Assembly: GCA_016196625.1 (NCBI GenBank)
Contig: JACPXH010000007.1
Coordinates: 86,461-150,460 of the forward strand
DNA length: 64,000 nt
Direction: 5' to 3'
DNA from: Candidatus Parcubacteria bacterium
GTDB taxonomy: Bacteria > Patescibacteriota > Minisyncoccia > JACPXH01
The position numbers and the translations under genes were made by a program. Shown piece after piece: positions 34,565 through 43,789 of the stretch. Each line of letters begins with the position of its first letter. Positions within the stretch are counted from its first letter, which is position 1. The notes under the pieces were generated by a model. It ran no database searches, was not told the DNA's origin, and saw nothing but the letters and a program-made list of their open reading frames with translations.

Positions 34565-35144
34565 CTTTGATGCCCTGGGCGACACACGTGCTACAATGGC
34601 CGGTACAATGGGACGCCAACCCGTAAGGGGGAGCAAATCCCACCAAAACCGGTCTCAGTCCGGATTGAGGTCTGCAACCCGACCTCATGAAGCTGGAATC
34701 GCTAGTAATCGCGGATCAGCCACGCCGCGGTGAATACGTTCCCGAACTTTGTACTCACCGCCCGTCAGGCCAGTGAAGGCGGTAATGCCGGAAATCTGGG
34801 TTTGTCCCGGATGAAGGCAGGATCGCTGACAAGGGCTAAGTCGTAACAAGGCATCGGTAGCGGAAGCTGTCGATGGATCATCTCCTTTCTAGGGAGTTCT
34901 TACCTTCTACGGTTAAGAACCGCTAGTAAGGTCAAGTGGTCGGTGCTGCGTTTGCTGCCACAAGCACGAATGCGGCGGGAGTTGGCCGATGTCCTCAACC
35001 ATCGGCTGCTCGGCCCCGAAGCGTCATTCGGGCGGTCGGGACAACGAGGAAAAACTGGAATAGCAAACCGCGCGCCCTCTTGAGGGGGCGCGCGGTTGTG
35101 TTTTATGATGCGAGGGCGCTTGGATTGCGGCGTGCAGCTAAAGC

Positions 35145-35216
35145 GGGCGCGTAGTTCATTGGTAGAACGCCTTTCTGATAAAAAGGAGGTAGTAGGTTCG
35201 ATTCCTACCGCGCCCA
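35145..35216 (+). tRNA. tRNA-Ile (anticodon GAT), no encoded CCA
   Basis: gggcgcg acceptor / cgcgccc; anticodon loop ctGATaa; T-loop gtagg-ttcgatt-cctac. Confidence 0.9.
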
Positions 35217-35257
35217 CAGCAGATCTATTGCTGCATATTCGGACAGGAAAGTCGCTT

Positions 35258-36226
35258 ATGATAAAAGAGAAGATTAATAAGCCCAACATCCGAGATACTA
35301 AGCCGGGATACTCGGAGGGATATTATGATATTTTTGAACATTTGGAGGATTATGCTGCTAAGATTTTTGCCGCTGCAGACATTCATCCGCAAGAGACGAA
35401 AGTAATGGAGGGTGAAACTGGAGTTATCCTTAACGTATTTGATGGGCAACAGCGAGCCATCGTCAAGATTAATCCTTTCCATGGCGATCTCCTGACCAGC
35501 GACTACTTTTATAACAAGCTCGAGGGGTCTGGTGTCCCAGTTCCAAGCGTCTTATTTTTTGACGATTCAAGGCAAGTGATACCCTACGACTTCCAAGTTT
35601 TAGAGTATTTAGAGGGTGTAGATATACGGAGCATTCCGGCAAAACTTCACAGACAGGCGGGCACGCTCGTTGGCGAAGCGCTGCAGAAAATTCATAGCAT
35701 CAACGTTGAAGGATTCGGCTGGCCTTTATCAGGAGGCGGATGGGGCGCCACATCATGGCTGGATGCATTGCGAAAGAATTACTTTGATAGTTCTTTGGCA
35801 AAGAAACACGAAGTTTTTTCTACTGAAGAGATACGGCAGATAGAACGGATCACCTTCTTTAATGAAAAGCTCAATAGTATTGCACCTCATTTAATACATT
35901 CTGACGTAGGTCATGGGAATAGCTTATACAGGCTTGAAGACAATCAGTTGTTCCTCGTAGGATTCATAGATCCAGGCGGCATTATTGGGGGCGATCCGAT
36001 GTTTGATGTGCCGCTGAGCGTTGACGCTGAAGATGATTTTGAGAAAGGGATAGGGGAGGTATACACAGGGCGGAGATCTCTTTCTCCGGAAGAAGAGTAT
36101 CGTCTCAACCACCTCAACTTAGCCAGACGCTTTTGGTCAACATGCTGGCATTATGCGACCGGGAGAGACCATAAGCCGGTCAAAGACAAAACCGTTGTAC
36201 TACTCAAGAATCTGACCACGAGGTAG
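35258..36226 (+). CDS. aminoglycoside/choline-kinase-like phosphotransferase (APH family), low-GC gene directly 3' of tRNA-Ile
   Basis: Brenner motif LIHSDVGHGN, FIDPGG...GDPMFD; ORF-track N-terminal extension overlaps the tRNA and is rejected. Confidence 0.7.
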   Translation: MIKEKINKPNIRDTKPGYSEGYYDIFEHLEDYAAKIFAAADIHPQETKVMEGETGVILNVFDGQQRAIVKINPFHGDLLTSDYFYNKLEGSGVPVPSVLFFDDSRQVIPYDFQVLEYLEGVDIRSIPAKLHRQAGTLVGEALQKIHSINVEGFGWPLSGGGWGATSWLDALRKNYFDSSLAKKHEVFSTEEIRQIERITFFNEKLNSIAPHLIHSDVGHGNSLYRLEDNQLFLVGFIDPGGIIGGDPMFDVPLSVDAEDDFEKGIGEVYTGRRSLSPEEEYRLNHLNLARRFWSTCWHYATGRDHKPVKDKTVVLLKNLTTR

Positions 36227-36927
36227 TGGGTTTGATTCATATCGTGTCCACACCCATGAATAAATCCTGGCTCATTGCAATCGGAATCGTCGCGGCAATC
36301 GGCGTTGCTGTTTTCTTCGTCTCGATGCGGCGCGCGCCAGAACCGCCGGCGCCACCGTCGGGGCAACCGACGAATTCGCAGCCGTCTAACCAAACTCCCG
36401 CACCCGTGGACGCCGAAAGCGAAAAACCGCCGCGCGCATTCCCCGGCGTTCTTCCCGCCGAAGAAGTAGAAAACAAAATCGCGGTCATCAAAACGCCCAA
36501 GGGCGAAATTCGTTTTGAGCTTCTCGCTGCAGAGGCGCCTAAGACGACAAGCAACTTTGTGTATCTTGCAAAACAGGGCTACTTCAACGGCCTGAATTTC
36601 CATCGCGTGGAGTCGTGGGTGATTCAAGGCGGGGATCCGAACTGTGGTTCGACAGGCTCACCACCTTCGGCAGCTGGGCCGTGCGGCACCGGTGGGCCGG
36701 GTTATCGGTTTGAAGATGAGCCGGTGCGCTTGGAATACAAAACCGGCATCGTCGCCATGGCCAACGCCGGGTCCAACACTAACGGCTCGCAGTTTTTCAT
36801 CTTGAAACAGGACACGTCGCTCCCGCCCAACTACACTATTTTTGGGCGTGTGACGGCCGGGCAAGACGTAGTGGTAAAGATCGCTGCGGGAGACACGATG
36901 GAGAAAGTCGAGATTCTGTCGAAGTAA
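36226..36927 (+). CDS. membrane-anchored cyclophilin-type peptidyl-prolyl isomerase (start may be 36256)
   Basis: TM + Pro-rich linker, then FHRVESWVIQGGDP...IVAMANAGSNTNGSQFFI. Confidence 0.8.
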   Translation: MGLIHIVSTPMNKSWLIAIGIVAAIGVAVFFVSMRRAPEPPAPPSGQPTNSQPSNQTPAPVDAESEKPPRAFPGVLPAEEVENKIAVIKTPKGEIRFELLAAEAPKTTSNFVYLAKQGYFNGLNFHRVESWVIQGGDPNCGSTGSPPSAAGPCGTGGPGYRFEDEPVRLEYKTGIVAMANAGSNTNGSQFFILKQDTSLPPNYTIFGRVTAGQDVVVKIAAGDTMEKVEILSK

Positions 36928-36943
36928 TCCTGTATCATCAGGT

Positions 36944-37495
36944 ATGCGCCGACCCACGAAAATTCTGCTGACAACCCAGATGATCGCGGTGGGTGCCGCG
37001 GGGATGCTAGTGCCGATTTATGCGATCTACGTGGAAAAGATTGGCGGAGACATTCTCGCTGCGGCAGGCGCGTGGACGGTGTTTTCAATCGTGAGTGGGG
37101 CGCTCATGATGTTATTCGGTCGGCTCACCGATCGGGTGCGGGAACCAGAGTATTTCATCGTTGCCGGGTTCTTTGCGGCCGCGGTTGGTTACGTGGGGTA
37201 TCTCTTCGTGCAGAGCCCCACGCATCTGTTCATCGTGCAGATGGTGCTTGGCGTGTCGGTCGCGCTTATGACGCCCGCGCATGACGCGCTCTACACCGAG
37301 CACCTCGACGGCGGGCGGTTTGCGTCGGAGTGGGGGTTTTGGGAAGGCATGTGGAACATTACCGAGGCTGCGGCCGCGTTGGCTGGTGGGCTTGTGGTCG
37401 TATGGTTTGGGTTCAAAGCGCTGTTTATGATTATGGCGCTCTTGGCGTTTTCGACTGGTGTCTACGTGTGTGTCTTGCCGCGCCGGGTGCTGTGA
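36944..37495 (+). CDS. MFS-transporter C-terminal-half-like membrane protein (possible gene fragment)
   Basis: 6 predicted TM segments; only 183 aa. Confidence 0.45.
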   Translation: MRRPTKILLTTQMIAVGAAGMLVPIYAIYVEKIGGDILAAAGAWTVFSIVSGALMMLFGRLTDRVREPEYFIVAGFFAAAVGYVGYLFVQSPTHLFIVQMVLGVSVALMTPAHDALYTEHLDGGRFASEWGFWEGMWNITEAAAALAGGLVVVWFGFKALFMIMALLAFSTGVYVCVLPRRVL

Positions 37496-37585
37496 CCGAT
37501 TTGGCGCGTCAAGAAAAGAGAACGCCCGTCCCTCGATACACTAGGGACGGGCGTTGAATCTTGCGGAAGAAGGAACAGCGGGCGG

Positions 37586-38182
37586 CTAGACAGCGGCGAG
37601 AGATAGCGCCTTGAGCGCCGTTGGGACGATGATCCGGTGGCTCGGCACCAGATCATCCGGCAGGAGATCGGCCGGGTAAAAGGCACCGTTGGCCGGCGTG
37701 CCCTCGATGCGCGCAAGGTGAATGAGACAGCAGAACACTCCGCGCGTCGGTTCGGGGATGAGGCGGACGTCCACGAGCTGCGGCCAGCCGATGAATTTGG
37801 CCGGTGCAAGCTCCTTCGTCTCGAGCCGCCTGAACGCGGCCTCGAGATCCTCGCGCGCGATCCGCGCCTGAATGTCGTCGCCCAGTGGGATAGCGTCGGG
37901 CGCCTGGATGACGGTCCCGGGCGAGTGCAGCAATCCCGGAAATGCTTCGCTCGGCTCTTCCTCCTTCGTGGGCCGGCGCATGAGCAGCACTTGCAGGTCG
38001 CCGTGCGCCGGGCCGAAGCGATAGATCACAGTCTCGACCGCCGCTTTCGGCAGGAGCAGCGAGAGCGCCTCGAAGGCGTCCGGCTGCCACGGTTGGGTTA
38101 CGCCTAACCGCTTGAGCCAGTGCGTGCAGGTATCCCAGTCATCCTTGGTCGCGAGCGGCAGAACCCGTACCTGTTCGGTCAT
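37586..38182 (-). CDS. hypothetical protein, paralog A
   Basis: shares TQPW..FEAL...RRxT....HSPGT(V/I) pattern with adjacent ORF. Confidence 0.5.
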   Translation of the reverse strand: MTEQVRVLPLATKDDWDTCTHWLKRLGVTQPWQPDAFEALSLLLPKAAVETVIYRFGPAHGDLQVLLMRRPTKEEEPSEAFPGLLHSPGTVIQAPDAIPLGDDIQARIAREDLEAAFRRLETKELAPAKFIGWPQLVDVRLIPEPTRGVFCCLIHLARIEGTPANGAFYPADLLPDDLVPSHRIIVPTALKALSLAAV

Positions 38183-38212
38183 CCCATCCCCCCTTGCGTG
38201 GGCGTTGCTTGC

Positions 38213-38770
38213 TTACCGGCCAGCGAATCGATTCAGGCGGGGTAGTCCCGTGAGCGCGATTTCAATCAGCGAACGGTGGTGATCCATGAGTGGTTCTGGC
38301 AACGGTTTGTCGACCGGAAAAAATTGTCCGTGGTTCGGCATACCGATAACGTAGGCTATGTGGATCAGGCGTAGCTCGGTGCCGCGTCGGATCCGGTTCA
38401 GCTCAAGTTGTGTAAAGATCGGTTTGCTGATAGTGGCTGGCGCGAGTTCACGTTCCATCAACCGTTTTAGCGCATCGGTGAGCGTCTTGTCGGTGGCCCG
38501 CAATATTGTGCCGGGTGAGTGCCACTCGTTGGGCCAGTAGATGTCATTCGTCGCTCGGCGGGCCAAGAATACGCACCAGCCCTCGGGACGGTACTGGAAG
38601 CACACCACTTCGTAGGCCGCGCATACTACGCACCGTGCCAGAGCCTCGAACAGCTCGAGCGTCCAAGGCTGGGTGTGCTCCAATTTGCCGCACAGGCGAA
38701 TAAAGGTTCCGACTTCACGACGGGTCAGTTGGCCTTCTCGTAATAGCTGCGTCCCCATTGCCCTTGCCAT
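38213..38770 (-). CDS. hypothetical protein, paralog B
   Basis: tandem paralog of 37586-38182. Confidence 0.5.
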   Translation of the reverse strand: MARAMGTQLLREGQLTRREVGTFIRLCGKLEHTQPWTLELFEALARCVVCAAYEVVCFQYRPEGWCVFLARRATNDIYWPNEWHSPGTILRATDKTLTDALKRLMERELAPATISKPIFTQLELNRIRRGTELRLIHIAYVIGMPNHGQFFPVDKPLPEPLMDHHRSLIEIALTGLPRLNRFAGR

Positions 38771-38963
38771 CCGTTCCCTCCCTCCGTATGGGTGGCTGTT
38801 TGTCGCGCTGCCAACGCTGGTCTATTTTATATACCGGATCTATTGGATGAAGTCAACTGGTTGGTGTTATGTCGTCGGCGGCTCCGCCCGGGCCGCTGAT
38901 TCCTTTTTGTGCTTGGTGGATGTTCTTTTCAATCCGTACGCGCTGTGGTATACATAAAGCGGC

Positions 38964-39878
38964 ATGAAGTATCTCATCACCGGCGGCCCGAGGGGTTGGA
39001 TTGCCCAAAAGTTCGCGGCGTTTTTGAGTTCGCCGGGCGGCGAAGCCGAGCTGTCGGCCGTTAACATTGCGGACGCGACGGCAATCGAGGCCGAGCTCGA
39101 CCGGGCGAAGCCAGAGGTCCTCATCAATACTGCCGGCAAAACCGGCGGACCAACTGTGAGTCCCTCGGGCCAACCCGGGCGCAACATTGATTGGTGCGAA
39201 GACCACAAAGTTGAGACGCTCACCTCGAACGTGGTTGGGCCGGTGGAACTCGTGAAAGCCTGCAAGGCACGGAACATCAAGCTCGTGCACCTTTCAAGCG
39301 GCTGCATCTTTCAGGGTCGGGGGCACCTCGCGAGTGGTTTCCGTGAGGACGACGCGGTCGCCCCGCCGAGTTTTTACTCATGGACCAAATACTGGGCCGA
39401 TCAGTATTTGATGCAAGCCTGGCCAGAAGGCACGCTCATTTTGCGGCTGCGCATGCCCACGGACGCCGAACCCGGGCCGCGCAACCTCATCACCAAGCTT
39501 GCGGGTTATCCCAAGATCATTGACGTGGAGAATTCACTCACCGTGATCCCCGATCTTTTGGCGGCAACGAAGCAGCTGATTGCGCAGGGTGCGGTGGGGA
39601 TTTACCACGTGACCAATCCGGGGTCGGTCACGCATCGCGAGATTATGGGGCTCTATCAGAAGTTGGTTGATCCCGGGCACACCTTCGAGTTCATTTCAGA
39701 GGCAGAGCTCTACAGCCTTGGGCTTGCGAGTACCGGCAGATCCAACTGCATTTTAAACGTGGACAAACTTTTACGCGCGGGCGTGCAGATGCCGCCCATC
39801 AAGGAACGGATCCGTGAAGTAATGGCCGAGTATGCGGCGAATCTCAAACGCAGTCAGAGCGTTCCGGCTCAAGCGTAG
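38964..39878 (+). CDS. NAD(P)-dependent epimerase/reductase of extended SDR family (dTDP-4-dehydrorhamnose reductase-like)
   Basis: MKYLITGGPRGWIAQ Rossmann start; SSGCIF...YSWTKYWAD catalytic Y..K. Confidence 0.75.
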   Translation: MKYLITGGPRGWIAQKFAAFLSSPGGEAELSAVNIADATAIEAELDRAKPEVLINTAGKTGGPTVSPSGQPGRNIDWCEDHKVETLTSNVVGPVELVKACKARNIKLVHLSSGCIFQGRGHLASGFREDDAVAPPSFYSWTKYWADQYLMQAWPEGTLILRLRMPTDAEPGPRNLITKLAGYPKIIDVENSLTVIPDLLAATKQLIAQGAVGIYHVTNPGSVTHREIMGLYQKLVDPGHTFEFISEAELYSLGLASTGRSNCILNVDKLLRAGVQMPPIKERIREVMAEYAANLKRSQSVPAQA

Positions 39879-39971
39879 CCACGGTTCTGTGGTTTTGTGC
39901 ACGAAAGCGCCACCTTGCTCAAGGTGGTACTTCTGTTTTTGGCGTGAGCGTGGTATAACCTTGATTTAAGG

Positions 39972-40018
39972 GCTATAGCTTAGTGGCAGAGCACCCGCTT
40001 TGTTCACCCCGTACCAAA
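39972..40018 (+). pseudogene. truncated tRNA-Ala-like 5' half
   Basis: gggctatagcttagtggcagagcacccgctttg resembles first 33 nt of downstream tRNA-Ala; no T-arm/acceptor 3' strand. Confidence 0.45.
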
Positions 40019-40022
40019 ACTT

Positions 40023-40094
40023 GGGCCAGTAGTTTAGTGGTAGAACACCGCTTTTGCACAGCGGAGATCGCGGGTTCGATTCCCGCCTGGTCCA
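40023..40094 (+). tRNA. tRNA-Ala (anticodon TGC)
   Basis: gggccag/ctggtcc acceptor, anticodon loop ttTGCac, T-loop gcggg-ttcgatt-cccgc. Confidence 0.9.
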
Positions 40095-40137
40095 CAATTC
40101 AAAAAAGCATCACAGATATCCCTAATCTTATATATTC

Positions 40138-40914
40138 ATGGACACTCTCGATGACAAAGTAAATAAATCCGCGCTTGAAGCCCAAGTGAAAGATATGTAC
40201 CGGCAAGTGGCCCAGAATCCAAGGGGTGAGTACCATTTTGAAATGGGGCGAGATTTGGCCGAGAAGCTCGGCTATCCATCCGCAGACCTCGATGCCATCC
40301 CCGCAGAGGCGGTCGAATCATTTGCCGGTGTGGGCTACCACTTCGATCTGGCGGCGCTCAAGCCGGGCGAGCACGCGCTGGACGTAGGCAGCGGTTCAGG
40401 CACCGATGTCTTCTTTGCCGCACGCAAGGTTGGGCCAGCGGGGCACGTGGTGGGAGTGGACATGACGGACGAGCAGCTCGCAAAAGCCGAAGGGTTGCGT
40501 CAGCGTTATGGGTTTGAAAACGTATCGTTCGTGAAGGGCTATATTGAGCAGATTCCGGTGCCGGACGGCGGGTTTGACGTGGCTGTTTCCAATGGCGTCA
40601 TTAATCTTTCGGCCGAAAAGGTAAGGGTTGTGCAGGAGGTGAGTCGGGCGCTGAAAGTCGGCGGACGGCTGGCCATCTCTGACATTATGGCCTCGCACAA
40701 CTTGAGCGAGCGAATCAAGGCGAACGCGGAGCTGTGGGCGGCGTGCATTGGGGGCGCGGTTACTGAGCAAGAGCTCCGCCAATACCTTGAGCATGCTCAC
40801 TTGCAGTTGGTGGAGTTTCGCGAGAACCCGCAGTATAAGTTTTTGACTCATCCCGATGTCATGGAGAAATACGGCATCAAGAGCGTCTCGCTCTTGGCGA
40901 TCAAGACGGCATGA
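40138..40914 (+). CDS. class I SAM-dependent methyltransferase (ArsM/UbiE-like)
   Basis: LDVGSGSGTDV motif I, VSNGVINL. Confidence 0.75.
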   Translation: MDTLDDKVNKSALEAQVKDMYRQVAQNPRGEYHFEMGRDLAEKLGYPSADLDAIPAEAVESFAGVGYHFDLAALKPGEHALDVGSGSGTDVFFAARKVGPAGHVVGVDMTDEQLAKAEGLRQRYGFENVSFVKGYIEQIPVPDGGFDVAVSNGVINLSAEKVRVVQEVSRALKVGGRLAISDIMASHNLSERIKANAELWAACIGGAVTEQELRQYLEHAHLQLVEFRENPQYKFLTHPDVMEKYGIKSVSLLAIKTA

Positions 40915-41441
40915 TCAAAACGCCGTATGATCGAGTGATTGAGAAGTTCCTTGATCGCGAGGTTCAACCGGCGAGCCGTATCATTGACGTGGGATGCGGT
41001 ACTGGCTGGACGGCGCTCTTCTTGGCGCGCCGAAAGCCGGGTTCCCAAATCGTGGGCATTGATATTGACACGCTTACCGTCCACCGAGCGAATGCGCTAT
41101 TCCGTCGGGCGAGGCGCGAGAAGTTGGTGCAGTGCCATCGTTGCGGCGTTGAGCAGCTTCGCGTACGCTTCGGCACGCAGATGTTTGACTGCGCCATCAC
41201 GAGCCATACGCTGCACCATTTCGAGCGACCCGCAGCCGCTCTGCGGCAGATTCGGGCCGTGCTCAAGCGCGGGGGTCGTTTGCTGCTGGTCGAACTTTCG
41301 CCCCGCTACGGTGAAGCGCTCGACGATTGCCCCCGCTACTCGCTTGTCAAAATCAAGGAGTTCGTGCGGCGGGCTGGTTTTCGACGGGTAGGCGGAGCGG
41401 AGCGCGCGCCGGGTGTTGTGTTGGTTCGGGCGAGCCGATAG
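40911..41441 (+). CDS. class I SAM-dependent methyltransferase
   Basis: IIDVGCGTGWTA, GGRLLLVEL; 4-bp overlap with upstream MTase. Confidence 0.7.
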   Translation: MIKTPYDRVIEKFLDREVQPASRIIDVGCGTGWTALFLARRKPGSQIVGIDIDTLTVHRANALFRRARREKLVQCHRCGVEQLRVRFGTQMFDCAITSHTLHHFERPAAALRQIRAVLKRGGRLLLVELSPRYGEALDDCPRYSLVKIKEFVRRAGFRRVGGAERAPGVVLVRASR

Positions 41442-41704
41442 CCCAAGCTGTGGATAACGTTCGCGCAGCAAGCGATTGAGTGTGATAGAATTTGACTAGC
41501 CAGACTTTTCAATGGTTGATGGCCCGGCGCGGTTTTCTGCTCCAACGCATGCGGCAGCGCCGGAGAGCTACCCACCATTTAACAACTTAACCGTGATTGT
41601 CTTTCCTGCGCTGACTGGTCGATGTCAGCGTGTACGCATGGCTCCGCCATGCGGCAGGGGGAAGCAGAAGGCGGGGCTTTCCGCCCCGCTAAAAGGAATT
41701 TCCT

Positions 41705-42403
41705 ATGTATTCAGACATTGTTACGCTGCCCAATTGGGCCACCACCGTTGTTGATTCGCTCACGAGCCTATGGGCGCAGTTCATCGGTTTTCTGCCGGTG
41801 TTCTTGTCGGCTGTAATCGTATTCCTCATCGGTTGGCTTGTGGCAGCGGTTTTGGGCAAAGTTGTGCATCAGGTGGTCAAGGGTTTGCGCATTGACCAGT
41901 TGTTCGAGCAGATGGGCTTGGATAAGGCGCTCGCGCGAGGAGGGCTCAACTTGGATACGGGCCGGTTTGTGGGCGAGGTGGTGAAGTGGTTTGTCGTCGT
42001 GGCGTTCCTGCTGGCGGCCTCTGACATCCTTCAGCTGCGCGATTTCAACGACTTCTTGAAGAGCGTGTTGGGGTACATTCCGAACATCGTAGTGGCAGTG
42101 CTCATCCTGTTGGCCGGAGCATTGCTGGCCAACTTTCTTGAGCGCACGGTGGAAGCGAGCGTGGCGGCAGCCGAGCTCAAAAGCGGCAAGTTTCTTGGTG
42201 TGGTTACGCGCTGGTCGGTATGGATTTTTGCGATCTTAGCAGCCCTCGTGCAGCTCAACGTCGCGCGCCAATTGCTCACGACACTGTTTACCGGCGTCAT
42301 CGGGGCCCTCGCACTGGCCGCGGGCTTGGCCTTTGGTTTGGGCGGCAAGGATTTCGCCTCTGATTGGCTTGAGAAAATAAAGAAAGATGTAACAGAGCGG
42401 TAG
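41705..42403 (+). CDS. membrane protein with duplicated conserved-TM-helix repeat (mechanosensitive-channel-like)
   Basis: two internal repeats each TM + VVKxxxVVAFLLAA / LAALVQLNVA. Confidence 0.6.
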   Translation: MYSDIVTLPNWATTVVDSLTSLWAQFIGFLPVFLSAVIVFLIGWLVAAVLGKVVHQVVKGLRIDQLFEQMGLDKALARGGLNLDTGRFVGEVVKWFVVVAFLLAASDILQLRDFNDFLKSVLGYIPNIVVAVLILLAGALLANFLERTVEASVAAAELKSGKFLGVVTRWSVWIFAILAALVQLNVARQLLTTLFTGVIGALALAAGLAFGLGGKDFASDWLEKIKKDVTER

Positions 42404-42485
42404 CAGTCGGCAAGGGATATCGGGTTGTCGGCCGGCGGGGCGAGCGCCTCGCCGGCTTTGCTTTTTTCATGTGCAAAACAGGGTA

Positions 42486-42513
42486 TTGACACGTATTTTT
42501 TGAAGCTTATAAT
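42486..42513 (+). promoter_or_regulatory. consensus sigma70 promoter TTGACA-16-TATAAT, ~410 nt upstream of 23S
   Basis: exact -35 and -10 hexamers; preceded by terminator hairpin + T-tract of upstream gene. Confidence 0.5.
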
Positions 42514-42812
42514 GGGAACTGCCTTATGGCACGAACCCAAACCATACTCGATACCAGAAGCGGATAGACCTCGCGCGATTTATGATGTGTGCGCGAAGCC
42601 GCTTCTCCAGAGCGGTTTTCGTTTTCTTTATAGAGCGGGTGAGGAGTTTGGGGCGGAGCGCTCAGGGTTTTATTCCGAGCGCTGCGCTCCGGACTCAAGG
42701 GTTCGGGAGACCTTTGACAACCGAATACAGGCAGACAACATTGCAAAAAGACCCGCTTATCTGTTTTAGCGAAACAGAGGCGGGCATAAACAAAATACCT
42801 CTTATACGCTTC

Positions 42813-42914
42813 TCGATGCTTCGCATCGGGAATGTCTAATGACTAATGCCGAATGTCGAATTCGTTTTCGTCATTCGTCATTCGAAATTCGGCATTTCCG
42901 CTGCGGAGCAGCGG
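42813..42914. repeat. palindromic repeat family A (gtctaatg subfamily) abutting 23S 5' end
   Basis: cgatgcttcgcatcgg-gaatgtctaatgactaatgccgaatgtcgaattcg...cgaaattcggcatttcc-gctgcggagcagcgg. Confidence 0.65.
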
Positions 42915-43186
42915 GTGTGCGTTGCGAGGTAAACGGGATCGTAAAATAAAGCGTATGGTGGATGCCTTGACACCAAACGGCGATGAAGGACGTGGCGTGG
43001 CTGCGATAAGCTGCGGGGAGCTGCCGAGCAAGCTTTGATCCGCAGATGTCCGAATGGGGAAACCCAGCATGGCAAACCCATGTTACCCGCCTAAGTTTTT
43101 GGGCCTATTGAGAAGGGTCTAAAAACTTAGGCGGGAGCGCACCCGGGGAAGTGAAACATCTCAGTACCCGGAGGAACAGAAAACAA

Positions 43187-43285
43187 TGCTAGCTTTCTAG
43201 CTTTTAGCTTCCTAGCTTTTTAGGCGCGAGTGAACTGTCGTTCGTTCCTAGGAAGCTAAGAAGCTAATCAGCTAAGAAGCTAGCC
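43187..43285. repeat. agct-rich palindromic expansion inside 23S (family B)
   Basis: tgctagctttctagcttttagcttcctagc...gctaagaagctaatcagctaagaagctagc; related copy at 52316-52385. Confidence 0.6.
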
Positions 43286-43330
43286 CATTCCCTTAGTAGC
43301 GGCGAGCGAACCGGGAAAAGCCCAAACCAG

Positions 43331-43420
43331 CCCGAAGCTTCGCTTCGGGAATGTCTAATGTCGAATCCGTTTCGTCATTCGTTAATTAGGAATTAGTCAT
43401 TTCCGCAGCGGAGCTGCGGG
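43331..43420. repeat. family A palindromic insertion in 23S
   Basis: gaagcttcgcttcgggaatgtctaatgtcgaatccgtttcgtcattcg...tcatttccgcagcggagctgcgg. Confidence 0.65.
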
Positions 43421-43694
43421 TTGGGGTTGTAAGAGTATATCGCTTCTTTTCTTTCATCGTATCCCCCGCCTCCATTCGGATGGCGGATTAGGGGTACGGA
43501 GAAAGTTGAGAAAAGAAGAACACCTTGGAGCCGCGTTAGCCGAACACCCCTGGAACGGGTGGCCAGAGAGCATAATAGCTGCGTAGGCGAAAACGTTGGC
43601 TCGCTTCTCGATATAAATCTTGAGTACTGCCCCGCCCGGCTGCGGGGTAGGAAGCAGGGGCGACTACGCCCCAAGGCTAAATACGTTTGGTGAT

Positions 43695-43731
<37 letters not shown>

Positions 43732-43789
43732 CAGCCCGGTGAGGGCGGTGAAATAGTACCTGAAACCATACGCTGACAAGGAGTCAACG

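Noticed and set aside
35096-35257. N-terminal extension of the kinase ORF (MCFMMRGRLDCGVQLKRARSSLVERL...)
   Set aside because: It is a read-through translation of tRNA-Ile. The real start is the ATG at 35258 after the tRNA.
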